A DNA stretch of 63,774 nt, the filler included, from Chiloscyllium plagiosum (taxonomy: Eukaryota), in assembly GCF_004010195.1 (NCBI RefSeq). It is 6 parts of 6 records of this genome, joined end to end, with 100 filler letters (N's around TTAATTAATTAA, not from the genome) between each part and the next. Parts side by side here need not be neighbours in the genome. Positions count along the whole stretch, not along the records: positions 1 to 29,969 come from NC_057751.1; 5 more parts are not named here. One strand, 5' to 3'. Positions within the stretch are counted from its first letter, which is position 1. The number at the start of each line of letters is the position of its first letter. The notes below the pieces were generated by a model that saw only the letters and a list, made by a program, of their open reading frames with translations, did not search any database and was not told the origin of the DNA. Shown here piece after piece: positions 13,046 through 25,275 of the stretch. The translations under genes and the position numbers were made by a program.

Positions 13046-13821
13046 CTTGAAAGGTTTTTAAAATAAAGGGAGAGGCACTCAACACACTTGCAACCCAGCC
13101 CAGCCTGACATTCAGCCCCGATTCCTCACCGCTATGCCATGAGGCCTGCTACACTTGGAGAGAGCTTCATGTGCGCAAACTGGGCGCCAAGCTTCCTGTA
13201 TCGAAAGGTCTAACGAAATGTTTCAGGGCATTCTGGCGCTGAGCGAGGCGCTAGTAAAATGCAGCTGCGAAACAAAAAAAAAGGAAGGGGGAAGTCAGCA
13301 GGGAGTTCGCAATTTGTTCCCCAACTGGAGTCGGAAACAATACTTTTCACTGTATTGTTGTACAGGGTCGATCGAATCTGATCAGTTCTGTGGTCCACAA
13401 GTGCTCACCTTCGCTGCCCCATCCCCGTTCTGAGGTTGAACGTCACCATGCACAAACTGCATTTAAAACGTGAAGCATACATGACTTTCCCCACCCTCGG
13501 ATTCAGAATTTGAACTTAGATCGAAAAGTGCAAGGGACCATTCTCGGGGGGGAAGCAGGATAATGGGGTGGCTGTTCAGCACAGGAGGTTAGTACTTGTC
13601 CGTCGGCCGCTAGGGGGGTAACTAAGGCCTTGTAAGCTGCTGAGACAATAAGTCAGTTAACCCCCTGTTTCATCGATCGCTAGGGCCCTCTTTTGGTGCA
13701 GAGGTAGTGTCCCAAACCATGGACTGGGAGGCTCAACTCCCATCTACTGCAGAGGTGTACAATAACATCTCTGAACAAGTTGATTAGAAACACTGGTTGA
13801 AGTTTTTAGAAAAATTTAAGT

Positions 13822-14170
13822 AGCACAATAACTCAGTGGTTAGCACTACTGCCTCAAAGCGCCAGGGACACGGTTTCGATTCCTGCCTTGGGCGACTGTG
13901 TGGAGTTTGCACATTCTCCCCGTGTCTGCATGGGTTTCCTCCCACAGTCCAAAGATATGCACATTAGGATGCATCGGCCATGCTAAGCTGCCCCGTCGTG
14001 TCCAGGCATGTGCAGGTTAGATGGGTTAGCCGGGGGGGGGAATGCAGGGTTACAAGGAGAGGGTGAGGGGTGGGTTAGGGGTGGGGGAGGGGTGGGTTTG
14101 CTCTATGGAGGGTCAGTGTGGACTCAACTGGGCTGAATGGCCTACTTTGTACACTGTAGGGATTCTATGA
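13822..14170 (+). mobile_element. HE1-type tRNA-derived SINE
   Basis: A box CTCAGTGGTTAGCAC, B box GGTTTCGATTCC, core TGTGTGGAGTTTGCACATTCTCCCCGTG, LINE-derived tail CTGTAGGGATTCTATGA. Confidence 0.88.
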
Positions 14171-14722
14171 TCAACTGAAGACAAGGACCAATACAGTTTA
14201 GTGCAGGCTACTACATGCAGGTGCCCCAAGTCGGGACATGACTGGCAAGGCTAACATTTACTGCCCACCCTCAGTGCACTCCACAAGGTAGCCAGCTCAG
14301 TGCTGGTTATACCACTGAACACCAAAGGAAGATGGTTAGATTCTCCCACCCATTCGCAGAGACGGCCAGTCACTGGTAATAATTTTATCATCAGCCACTG
14401 CTCAGCCCAAGCCTGGATATTGTCCAGATCTTGTTGCATTTGAACATAGACTGCCTCAGGATCTGAATGGTGCTGAACATTGCACGTCCCCACTTCTGAC
14501 CTTATGATGGAGCAAAGGTTAATGTTCAAGCAGCTGGAGATGGTGGGCTGAGGACACATCCCTGCGGAGGTCTTGCAGGACAGCGGCAGTGTCCCAACCT
14601 CTGAACCAGGAGCTTGGGTTCAAGTTGCACCCGCTCCAGAGGTTCCAGTTTTGCTACAGCTCCTTGATGCCACAAGTCTGTCCAGTGCAGCCTTGCTGCA
14701 AAAGAGCGGTCAGCTCTCCCCT

Positions 14723-15520
14723 CCCCTCTGGAAGTCGGCCCCTTTTGTCCGTGTTTGAACCAAGGTTGTAATGAGGTCAGGAGCTGAGTGACCCTGGCGA
14801 AACCCAAACTGGGGGGTACTGAGCAGGTTATTGCTGAGTAAGTGCTGCTTGATAGCCCGGTTGATGACACCTTCCATCACTTTACAGAGTGGAGACTGGG
14901 GCAGGAATCGGCTAGGTTGAATTGGTCTTGGTTCTTATTTACAGGACACATCTTTTCACATGGAAGAGAGTTTTGCAATTATGGCTTTGACGAGTGTTTG
15001 ATGGGGGGGGGGGACAGTGGAGAGGGAACTTTACTGTGTATCCAACCCTGTGCTGTCCCTATCCTGGGAGTATTTGATGGGCGATCCCCTCTGGAAGTCG
15101 GCCCCTTTTGTCCGTGTTTGAACCAAGGTTGTAATGAGGTCAGGAGCTGAGTGACCCTGGCGAAACCCAAACTGGGGGGTACTGAGCAGGTTATTGCTGA
15201 GTAAGTGCTGCTTGATAGCCCGGTTGATGACACCTTCCATCACTTTACAGAGTGGAGACTGGGGCAGTAATCGGCTAGGTTGAATTGGTCTTGGTTCTTA
15301 TTTACATGACACATCTTTTCACATGGAAGAGAGTTTTGCAATTATGGCTTTGACGAGTGTTTGATGGGGGGGACAGTGGAGAGGGAACTTTACTGTGTAT
15401 CCAACCCCGTGCTGTCCCTGTCCTGGGAGTGTTTGATGGGGGGACAGTGTAGAGGGAGCTTTACTCTGTATCTAACCCCGTGCTGTCCCTGTCCTGGGAG
15501 TGTTTGATGGGGAACAGTAT
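14723..15520. repeat. ~363-bp tandem duplication of a LINE RT fragment plus a ~68-bp minisatellite
   Basis: CCCCTCTGGAAGTCGGCCCC... starts at ~14723 and ~15086; GGGAGTGTTTGATGGGGGGACAGTGTAGAGGG units run to ~15520. Confidence 0.85.
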
Positions 15521-16303
15521 AGATGAGCATCAGCAGCCCCGCTGCCCTGAAATTGTGACAAAGACAGACATCTCTGGATGTTGCCTCTGGAGAAGGCCTC
15601 AGGGTAGGGGGAAGAGTTCTGGCTCACTTCTCAAACCTGACATCCAGGGATGCGTGGGCGAGGTGGGTAAGAAAATGCTGTGGTTACGGGCATAGGGTGG
15701 GATGCTCTTCGTAGGGGGGAGGGTCAGTGCAAACTCGACAGGCCAAATGCCCTCAGCCTGCACGACAGTGATCCTACATGCTACAGTCATCGTTTGCCAG
15801 CATAACCATGGCTGAGGATAATAAAATAAAACAAATTTAACCCAAGCCAAGGTTCGGATGACGTCACAGAGTCATATAGCAGAGAAACAGACCCTTCGGT
15901 CCTGCCAGTCAGTGTTGACCCTAATTCCAAACTAAACTAATCCCACCTGCCTGCTCCTGGCCCACAACCCTCCAAACATTTCTTATTCATTTACTTATCC
16001 AAATGTTTTTGAATGTTGTAACCATACCCACACCCACCACTTCCTCGCCATGTTCATTCCACACACAAATCACTGCGTAGAAAGCGTAGACCTTCATGCC
16101 TTGAATAAATCTTTCTCCTCTGACGTTACAAATATGGACCCTGAGTCCCGAAATTCCCCCATGCTAGAGAAAAGACACCTGTCATTGACCTTATCTACAC
16201 CCCTCATGGTTTTATAAACCTCTGCAAGGTCACAGTCACCCCAAAGGAGGGACGGAGCTTTGGGGGAGGTTTTAGGCAATACTTGGAGCTAGCCGGACCT
16301 CAC

Positions 16304-17728
16304 CTGCGTCTGGAAGGTACAGCTGACTCACTGTTCAGGGAATCGATTGGCTGTGTCTCCGTGGGCAAAACTTTAGCCTGAGGCAGCCTCTTCCGGTCAG
16401 AAAGTCCCGGTTCAGGAGGATTCACTGAGCGAGCGGCACTGATCATGGGCGAGGACGATGGGGACAGGAGCGGGGGGGACGGGGAGAGGAGGAGCGACAG
16501 GGCCGGAGGTGAAGGAGCACGAGAGGCCGGGAGGAGGGAAGGAGCGAGGGCGACCGGGCTCGGGGACTGCTCCCAGCGAGGGCCCACGGGGGTTGGCTCG
16601 GTCAAAGGCTCCTCCAGGGGCGCTGCGACCTCGGCCAGGCCGCCCCTCCACCCCACCTCCCCAGCAGCCATCTTGCCCGTGTGGGAAGGGTCACCATTCC
16701 AAGCCAGGGGCTCCTCCGGGAGAGCGGGCAGTGCACGGGGAAACTCGGAGGTGTCCGGACAGACCTCCTCGTTCTCCTTCAGTCCTGCGGTCACCGGGAT
16801 GGGGCGCTCGGCATTCTCACAGCCAGACCCCCTTCCCTGAGGGGAAGGGCCCACGCCGGGCTGGCCTTCTGGAGAAGGGGGTGGGTCCACCCGGGCCGCG
16901 CGCCTGGGCACCGGGACAGGGAGCCCTGGTGTGGGTGTCCCGCCCCTCGGAGGGACTGCAGGGGGCTCCCGGAGGGTTGAGGAGACAGTGCTCACCAGGG
17001 ACGGGAATGAGTGGGAGACAGCACCCCCTGGGGACTGGGGCGAGGGGGACGGGGAGATGGTGCTGACAGCACCTCCCAGGGATGGGGGTGAGGGGGAGTC
17101 AGTGCTCCCCGGGGATGGGAGTGAGGGGGAGACAGTGTCCACTGGGGACTGGGGTGAGGGGGACGGGAAAGTGGTGGTGACAGGGCCCCCTGGGGACGAG
17201 GAGGTGGTGACAGCGCCCCCTGGGGACGAGGAGGTGGTGACAGCGTCCCCTGGGGACAGGGGTGAGGAGTCTGGGTGAAGAGAGGCCCATGGCTCCGGGG
17301 TGCCAGCCAGCCTGGGATCCTGGGATGGGGGCCGTGTCTCCCTGCCTTCTGACCCCTCTCCCACCACCCTCGGGCTCCCAGGTGACCCCTGGCCCCCACC
17401 CGTCCCTGGGCTCCCATGGGTCAACTCCCAGAAGAGGTCTTCGGCGGGCGTCCTGTTGCCCTCCCTGAATGGCGCCCTCTGCCTTTTGAGCTTGATGGAG
17501 GCCTCTGAGGTATTAGGAGAGCAGGATGAGGATGAGGAGGAAGAGTTGGGAAGAGGGGGCAGGGGGGAGGCCCACACTGTTGTCCTGGAGTCTGAGGAGG
17601 GGGAGCGCAGAGACGGGACGTCCTGGAGGACCGGGGTCAGGTCAAAGGGGTGGGCCCGAGCCGAGAGGAGCGGGGGAGAGGGTGATGAGGTTCCGGCTCC
17701 GGTTTCAGCCTTCGGAGACACCTCCAAT
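16304..17728 (-). CDS. RAB11FIP1: RAB11FIP1 large Pro/Ser-rich cassette exon (1425 nt, phase 2/2)
   Basis: Open ORF from LEVSPKAE (acceptor ...CCGCAG) to RKRLPQAKVLPTETQP...RR|GTGAG; both ends resemble the long-isoform exon of mammalian FIP1; length divisible by 3. Confidence 0.85.
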
Positions 17729-17929
17729 CTGCGGAGAGAGGACAGAAGACTCGTCAGAGGGCCCCCTGCTTCTCCCAGGAACGTCACTGCCTCGAGAACA
17801 ATAAGAAAGGGACAGGATCTGAGCTAAGGAAAATGGAAGCAGGGATGGGGGGAGGGAACTCTAATCTTGCCTCACGCTGTCCTCAGAACAATACCCCGAT
17901 GGAAGAAACAACCCATTCTCAAGGAGGTA

Positions 17930-18200
17930 TTAGAAATCAGAGAGAGCGAGAGCTGGGAACCAGAGAGGGGGAGGGGAGACTGGGAACCAGAGAAACTGGG
18001 AACCAGAGAGAGGGAGAGAGAGAGAGAGAGAGAGATTAGAAATCAGAGAGAGAGAGGGAGATTGGAAACCTGAGAGAGGGAGTGATTAGAAATCAGAGAG
18101 AGATTAGAAATCAGAGAGAGAGAGAGAGATATTAGAAATCAGATCTCTCTCTCTATTAGAAATCAGAGAGACAGACCGAGCGGAGAGAGAGCAAGAGATA
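17930..18200. repeat. (GA)n-rich repeat with TTAGAAATCAGAGAG units
   Basis: Direct inspection. Confidence 0.85.
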
Positions 18201-18666
18201 GACGGTGATGTCGAGGGATCTGGGTGACCCAGTATGTGAACCTCAACAATTTAGTGTGCAGCTGAAGCAAGTGATTGGGAAAGCTAACAGAGTATTGGCC
18301 TCGACCAAGACGGAGAGGGAAGGGGTTTTACACAATGTACAAGTCAGTCAGGATCCCATCACATCCTCATGGAAGCTCAGTACGCACCAGGAGTGCCGGG
18401 GGAAGCTCGTGTCTCCTACTGAAAGGATGGGAGCGCGCCCCAGGAGCTCCTTCAGCCCACTCATCCACCTTTCCAACCCAGGGAGGAGTGATGTGGACAG
18501 AGCTCGAATCAGGAGGGAAAAAAAAAGGTGTCCCGGCAAGGGGTCCGCGGGTTACACCCAGACTAAGCCTGGTTCCCTGGTGAGGAAACCGAGTGAAGGT
18601 TGGGTGGGAGGGGCATGTTGGGTGTGATGGGCTTTGAGATTACGCCCCCGGATTGGCGCAGCTTAC

Positions 18667-19327
18667 TTGGGTTTAACGGCCGCCGTCCTGCTTGCCCACA
18701 CCGAGGTACTCGTTGGTTTCTTGACCTCCCCCCGATCCTCGTCGGACAGCCCGCGGGGGTCCTTCCCCTCGGGGGCTCTGGGGGCCTCTGCCTTCTTGGG
18801 GAAGAGGGACATCAGGCCCCCTCGGCGGACCTCCTCCTTCTTGGCCTGGGGCCTGGGCTCCTCGGGCGCCAGCTCCTGTCCGCCCTCCTGCTCCGGCGTC
18901 TGCCCCCTTTCCTCCTCCTCCTCCTCAGCCTCGAAGGGGTTCAACGAGCGAGCCCGCCCCTCGTCGCCGGCATCCGGTGCCCCCTTGCCCGAGACGGGGG
19001 TCGGGGGGTCAGCCGGCCCACGGGGGGGGCTATCTGGTCTCGAGCCCTCTTCGGGGGACGGGGCGTAGAAGCGGCTCCTGGGCTCGGGCCTGGGTCTGGG
19101 CGGGGGCACGGCCTGGGCTGGCTCCTCCGTGTAGACATGGCTGCCGTTGATGCAGAGGTTGGACTGGGACACCGGGTCACTCTTGGGCCTCAGGCCCCCG
19201 AACAACGACAGAGGCTCCTTCCTCGCGTTCCCCGAGAGCACCAGGTCCAGCTGCTTGTTGTCGGCGCTGGCCGCCCGCTTGTGGCTCAGAATCTTGGGGA
19301 CGTGCAGGCCCTTCGGGGAGGTCTCCT
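18667..19327 (-). CDS. RAB11FIP1: RAB11FIP1 exon 3
   Basis: ILSHKRAASAD, QSNLCINGSHVY, NPF motif, ends TAAVKPK; acceptor at 19328-19329, donor GTAAG at 18666; phases fit the neighbouring exons. Confidence 0.9.
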
Positions 19328-20059
19328 CTGCACAACGACAAAGTTCAACAAGATTAAAAACTAACGCCTCTCGAGAAACAGAAGCGGCCTCACCAACTCT
19401 GGGAGCGGGAGGTGGTGACACTCTGACTCAATCGACAGAGAACTCCCACTCTCCCACTAACCCAGGGGTCACTCAGCCTTCGAGGAGGGGAGAGGTTGAG
19501 AAGCAGAGTGTCATGGACCAGACCAGAACCCCACCCCCGACCAAGAATACCTTGAGGAGGTGCCCCAGATCCTAACGTTTCCTTATTTTAAAGGCAGATG
19601 CGAGCAGACATTCCAGACATCTGGAACATACAAACTTCACAACTTTTACATTGTGCTGGTGGAGTACGTGGAGCGCCACAACATTCAAGGCTTTGGGCCT
19701 ACTGCAGCAAAGTGGTACTAGCGGAGGTCATCGCGTATTTCTGGCAGTACAGACTGGATGGACAGAAAAGCCTCTTCCATACTGTGTGATTCACAACGTC
19801 CGGTGCCAGGAGGTCACTCAGTCGGCACAGCTCAATGTGCCTGCGCGCCCTCCCACGTTACGGAGAATTGTCATCTTCAGGGTCTTTGCCAATGGCAGTA
19901 CGGGAGGCGGCTTCGGTGTAGATCTGTGAGACATTTACTGGAACGCATGAGGATCCAGAGGGAGAAAAAATCGTCCACCTCTCTGACCCCCCAAGCTAAA
20001 TGTCTCTGCGAGCTCCACACTGACCTCCTGCTATCCTCCCGCCCTCCGTGACACAGTCA

Positions 20060-21440
20060 TACAGCATTGGAGCAGACCCTTCGGCCCGACCAGTCCGTGC
20101 CAACCATAACCCCAAACTAAACTAGCCCCACCTGCCTGCGCCTGGCTCACGTCATCCAAGCCTTTCCACTTCACGGGCTTATCCAAATGTCTTTCCAACA
20201 TTGTACGTCCACCACTTCCTCAGGAAGTTCATTCCACACACAAACCACTCCGTAAAAAAAGTGTGCTCCTCGTGCCTGTTCTTATATTTCTCCTCTCACC
20301 TGAAAAATATGCCCCCAAGTCTTCAAACCCCCCCCCCCCACCCCCGTCGGGAAAAGACATCTTCCATATACCCTTCATTAGTTTCTAAACTTCTGGTAGC
20401 TTGCCTCTCAACCTCCTCTGCTCAGGTAAAGACACAGTCTCAGCCTATCCTGTCTTTCGTCACTCAGACCTTCCATATCCAATAACGTCATCCTGGGAAA
20501 TCTCTTCTGAACCCTCTCCAGCGGAATAACATCCTTCCTAAAACTGGTCGACCAGAAGGGGCCTCACTAATGTCCTGAACAACCTCAACACGGTGTCCCA
20601 GCGCCTGCACTCAAAGGACTGAAAAACGAAGACAATGCTTTAACGTGTGACGCAAACTTCAAAGAAAGATGTATCTGGGTCATAGTGTCACACGGCACAA
20701 AAATAGGTCCAACTTGTCCACGCTAACCAGATATCCGAAACTAATCCAGTCCCATTTACCAGCACTTGGACCAAACTCAAAACCCTTCCTAACCTGGTCC
20801 TTGTACCAGCCTCCACCACTTCCTCTGGCAGCTCATTCCACACATGAGCCAGCCTCTGTATGTGAAGACGTTGCCCCTCAGGTCCATCTTAAATCTTCCC
20901 CCTCTCAGCCCAAACCTTTTTTATGTAGTTATGGACTCCCTTGCCCTGGGGAAAAGACCTTGGGTATTTAACCTGATCCACGCCCCTCATGATTTTATAA
21001 AACTCTCCTACACTCCCGGGGGTGGGGGGGGGGAAAAAGTCCCAGCCTCCCCTTTAAACTCAAATCCTCCAGTCTCAGGAACATCCTTGTCAATCTTTTT
21101 TGCACCCTTTGCACTTCAAGAACACCCTTCCTGTAACAGGGCAACCAGAATTGGATGCAGTACACCAAATATGGCCTTACCAATGTCTTGGTAAGATGAC
21201 ATCTCAACTCCTGCACCCAATGCCCTAACCAACGAAGGGGAGCGTACCAATCACCTTCATCACTACCCTCTCTACATGTGACGCCACTTTCAAGGAACTG
21301 GGTCTGTTGGACAACATCCCTTACCATTAAGTGGACAACGCTTGCCCTGGTTTGCCTGATCAACATGTGACGCCCCGCACTTACCTGAATTAAGTTCCAC
21401 CTGCCATTCCTCGGCCTCTGCCCATCTGAAGCCCTGCTGC
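20060..21440 (-). mobile_element. Cluster of decayed CR1-type LINE fragments (more at ~15870-16235 and ~22130-23220)
   Basis: TLVRPYLVYCIQFWLPCYRK..RVQKRLTRM and CCCTTCGGCCC-type 3' tails. Confidence 0.8.
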
Positions 21441-21647
21441 CCCTCACCAAACTCACACCGAGCCCTGTCCGCCCGCCATACCCGCCCGACGACAAAACGG
21501 TTCAGAAAGCAGGCAAGGCTTTTAAAAAAATAACTCCATCCCGTACACACAACCCCCGTGGCCTTCTCCTGGCTCAGTAAACACCCGAAGCATTGGGCCA
21601 CAGGAAACGTTTTCTTTTTAAAAAGAAGCAGCGCCACGCGAACGTAC

Positions 21648-22084
21648 CTCCCGCCGAATCATGTAGCTTTATCTCCGTGAAGCCGTGGCTGTCCCTGTCC
21701 CTGGTGCCCCTGGGAGGAGAGGAGGGGGCGGTGGGGATGACCGACATGGACTGAGAGAGCGAGCTGCGCTGCAGGTTGGACTTGGGGAAGAGCCCCTTGA
21801 GCCTGGACGTGGTGGCTGCCTTGCTGGTCGGCAGCTCGTCTTCGCCGTCGCTGTCAGCCACGGTGCCCAGGCTGGGCACGATGGCGGACGCAGAGTCCGA
21901 GAAGCCGCCTCTCTTCTTGCCCTTGAGCCTGTCCTTCAGCTTCCCCAGGGTGGAGCGGGATTTGTCCGTGCCCGACAGGTCGAACATGCTGGCCGTCATG
22001 TTGTTGCGCACAAACTGGATGTCAGCCTCGATCTCGCCCCTCTCCTTATCCGCCTTCCCGGCTTTGGAATACAGCTTGTACCAT
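21648..22084 (-). CDS. RAB11FIP1: RAB11FIP1 exon 2 (end of C2 domain)
   Basis: WYKLYSKAGKADKERGEIEADIQFVRNNMTASMFDLS...SDSASAIVP...SLSQSMSV; AG at 22085-22086, GT at 21646-21647. Confidence 0.93.
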
Positions 22085-24369
22085 CTGACAGGAGAGACCG
22101 AGAGAAACCCATTAGAACAAACCAGCCCCTGTTTTAGAGACGCACAGCATGGAAACAGACCCTTCGGCCCCACGCCTCCATGCTGACCAGACATCTCAAA
22201 CTAAACTAGTCCCAGATGCCTGCGTTTGGGCCCAGGCCTGCCTAAACCTTTTCCATCCGTGTACTTGTTCAAACGTCTTTTGAACACGGTAACTGTACCA
22301 GCATCTTGGGCTAACCTTCCCATCATTCACCCCCGCCCACCACTCTCTCCATACTTCTGATCAGGTTCTGCCCTGACCTGTATCCTCGGGAATTCAGAAA
22401 AAACAGTGGTGACATAACAAACACGAGATCCTGAGGGAGCTTCACCGGGCTGGTGCTGAAAGGTCGCTCCCTCTTACAGGAGAGAGCACAGGAACAGGCC
22501 CTTCGGCCCCACACATCTGTGCTGACCATGACACTATTCTAACTAAACCATCTGCTGCCCGTGATCTGTATCCCTTTACTCCCTGTCTGTTCACGTTTGT
22601 CTAAGTGCTTCTTAGATGTTGCTACCTTACCTGCTTCTACCACTCCCCTGGCAGCTGGTTCCAAGTAACTACCACCCCTGTGCATAGAAAGCTTGCCTCA
22701 CACATCTCCTTTAAACACTTTTCCCCCTCCCCACCTTACACCTATGCCCCCCCACCCCCCAAGTATTTGACATTTTTACCCTGACAAAGAGAATCCGAGT
22801 ACACACCCTATCCACACCTCTCATAATTTTATAATCTTGTATCGGGTCATCCCTCAGCCTCCAATGCTGGAGTGAAAACAAGCCAAGTTTGCCCAGCCTC
22901 TTGCTTACAGCTAATCCACTCCAATCCAGGCAACATCCAGGTAAACCCTCTTCTGCCTCCCTCTCCGAAGCCTCCAAACCCTCCTGTACTGCGTTGGCCA
23001 CAACTGCACACAGTATCCCAACGTGGCCTGACCAAAGTCTAATGCAGCTGCAACACGACTTGGCAACTCGTGTCCTCCATGCCCCGACCGATGAAGGTAA
23101 ACATGCCAAACCTTCTGTCCCACCTCGCCCACTCCCTCCACTTGCAGGGAGCTACCGACTTGCACCTCAAGACCCCTCAGTAAATCAAAGCTCCTGAGGG
23201 TCCCACTTTTAATGGTAAACTCTACACTGGAATTTGACCTCTTGTGGAATTAGGGGTCAGCAGTTTACAAATAAGGAGGTGCCCATTTATTAACCGACGA
23301 GGGGGAAACATTACCCTGTCTTACCAAGGGTTGAGCGCCTTTGGAGTGCCCATCGTTAAACAGCAATCAATGTAGAATCTGTAAATGTTTAAGTGGGGGG
23401 GGCGAAAGATTATCTTTGCGGGAAGGCAGAGCTGATGTTAATTGTCAGCGAGCTGAAATGGGAGAGCAAGCTTGAAGGACCCGAACGGCCTGCCCAAGGG
23501 AAAAATACCCTGCGACTGTCAACAGTGCAGCACACCCTCTGCAATGCTCTGCCAGGGTCTGAACCAGGAACCTCATGATTCAGAGCACTTGAGTGCCACC
23601 CAATGAACCACACAACGCAAGAGTGCGCTCCACATTGTGGAGACCATCTACAATACAGTAGGTCGATCGAGGAGTGAAGCCTCTACATTCCTTTGTAGAA
23701 AGGAAGCTGTTGATCATGTCCAGAGACACACAAAAGGTCAGAGAGTGCGAGAGAGCGAGCTACCACATAGGAATGGCTCCAGTTATCTGGCACAAGCAGA
23801 GATTACAAAGCTCCTTCCAAAAGGGAGAGCTGTTCGAAACCGATTAGAATTTTGAGAAGCTAAACAGGCCCAAAGCTATTGGCCCCCTGGTCAGCAAATC
23901 AGGGGGAGAACAGCAATGTCAGGCTCCGACACTGCGATGGGAAAGGAACTTCTCCAACACTATCTGACCCCTCTCTCTCTCCAGTCGGGGGTGGGGAGGA
24001 CCGAGCCTGGGACCCCACAACATTACCTGGGTCTCTGGATTAGTCATCGAGTGAAAACAGCACTCGGCCTTCGTCCCCACTAAGAGGCCAGTAGGCAAGG
24101 GCTGTCCCTCAGCAATGGGGGCCAAAGCTGACAACATTCAACCGGACATTCAGTATCAACTCCCGTTACCGAAGAGAGAGTGGCTTAAACATGGAACTCA
24201 CTACCACAGAGCGCAAATTCAGATATGCACGCTTTTTTCTTTGAAAAACAAAATTTGGATGGGGGACGAAGAAATCGAATGATATGAAAGTGGCTGGAAA
24301 AGCAAGGGGGTGTGTTGCTGAAGTATGTTATTATGCAATTCTCAGGACAAACACCAGGGGGAACCAATG

Positions 24370-24670
24370 GCCCTGTGGTATTATTGTACGGGACCCAGTA
24401 ATGTTCTGAGGACCTGGGTTTGAATCCTGGCACATCAGGTGGCGGAATTTCCAGTCAACAATAATCTAGAATGAATGATGACCACGAACCCACTGTAACG
24501 AGTCGGAAAAAACCACCTGGTTCATTAATGCCCTTTAAGGAAGGAAATTGCCATCCTTCTCCATGTGACTCCAGACCGACAGCAACATGACTGACACTTA
24601 CAACTGCCCTCTGGGTAATCAGGAATGGGCATTAACTGCTGGCCGAGCCAGTAAAACCCACATCCTGTGG
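24370..24670 (+). mobile_element. Old tRNA-headed SINE (Deu-domain-like); similar copy on minus at ~33830-34155
   Basis: GACCTGGGTTTGAATCC B box; CTGGTTCATTAATGCCCTTTAAGGAAGGAAA...TGACTCCAGACC core. Confidence 0.6.
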
Positions 24671-24699
24671 ATGACTGAAATTAAACGAGAAACTACAGG

Positions 24700-25275
24700 A
24701 GTCGGGGTGTCGTGTTGAGGATGTACAGGTTGTTGGTGAGGCCTCATCTGGAGAACTGTGTCCAGTTCTGGTCTGCCTGTTATAGGAATGATTATATTAA
24801 ACTGGAGAGGGTTCAGAAGAGATTTACTGGGATGCTGCTGGGAACGGAGGGTTTGAGTTATGACATGAGGCTGAACAGGCTGGGGCGTAGGAGGTTGAGG
24901 GGTGACCTTATAGAGGTTTCTAAGATCATGAGGGGCATAGATAAGGTGAATGGCAGACCAGGGTAGGGCATGTCAAGACTAGAGGGCACATTTGCAAGGT
25001 GAGAGGAGAGAACACTCAAAAGGACAAGGGGGGGAGAGGGCAATTTTATTTTCTTTTACACAGAATGGTTCGTGTGTGAAATGACCTTCCCGAGGAAGTG
25101 GTGAGTGTGGGTACAGTTACACCATTTACCAGATATTTGAGTACATACATGAACAGCAAGGGTTTGGAGGATTATGGGTCAAAGCGCTGTCAAGTGGGGG
25201 CTAGTTTAGTTTGGGATCACTGTTGGCATAGACAGGTTGGACCGACGGGCTTGTTTCCGTGCTGCTGGACCCCAT
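24700..25275 (+). mobile_element. CR1-type LINE 3' fragment
   Basis: LVRPHLENCVQFWS..KLERVQKRFTGML...RRRLRGDLIEV. Confidence 0.88.

Noticed and set aside
13822-13890. tRNA gene
   Set aside because: It is the tRNA-derived head of a SINE, continuous with the SINE body
16412-19575. Antisense and alternate-frame ORFs over RAB11FIP1 exons
   Set aside because: Expected shadows of GC-rich coding sequence
19862-19923. AG/GT-bounded 62-nt segment in RAB11FIP1 intron 2
   Set aside because: Stop in the required phase and length not a multiple of 3
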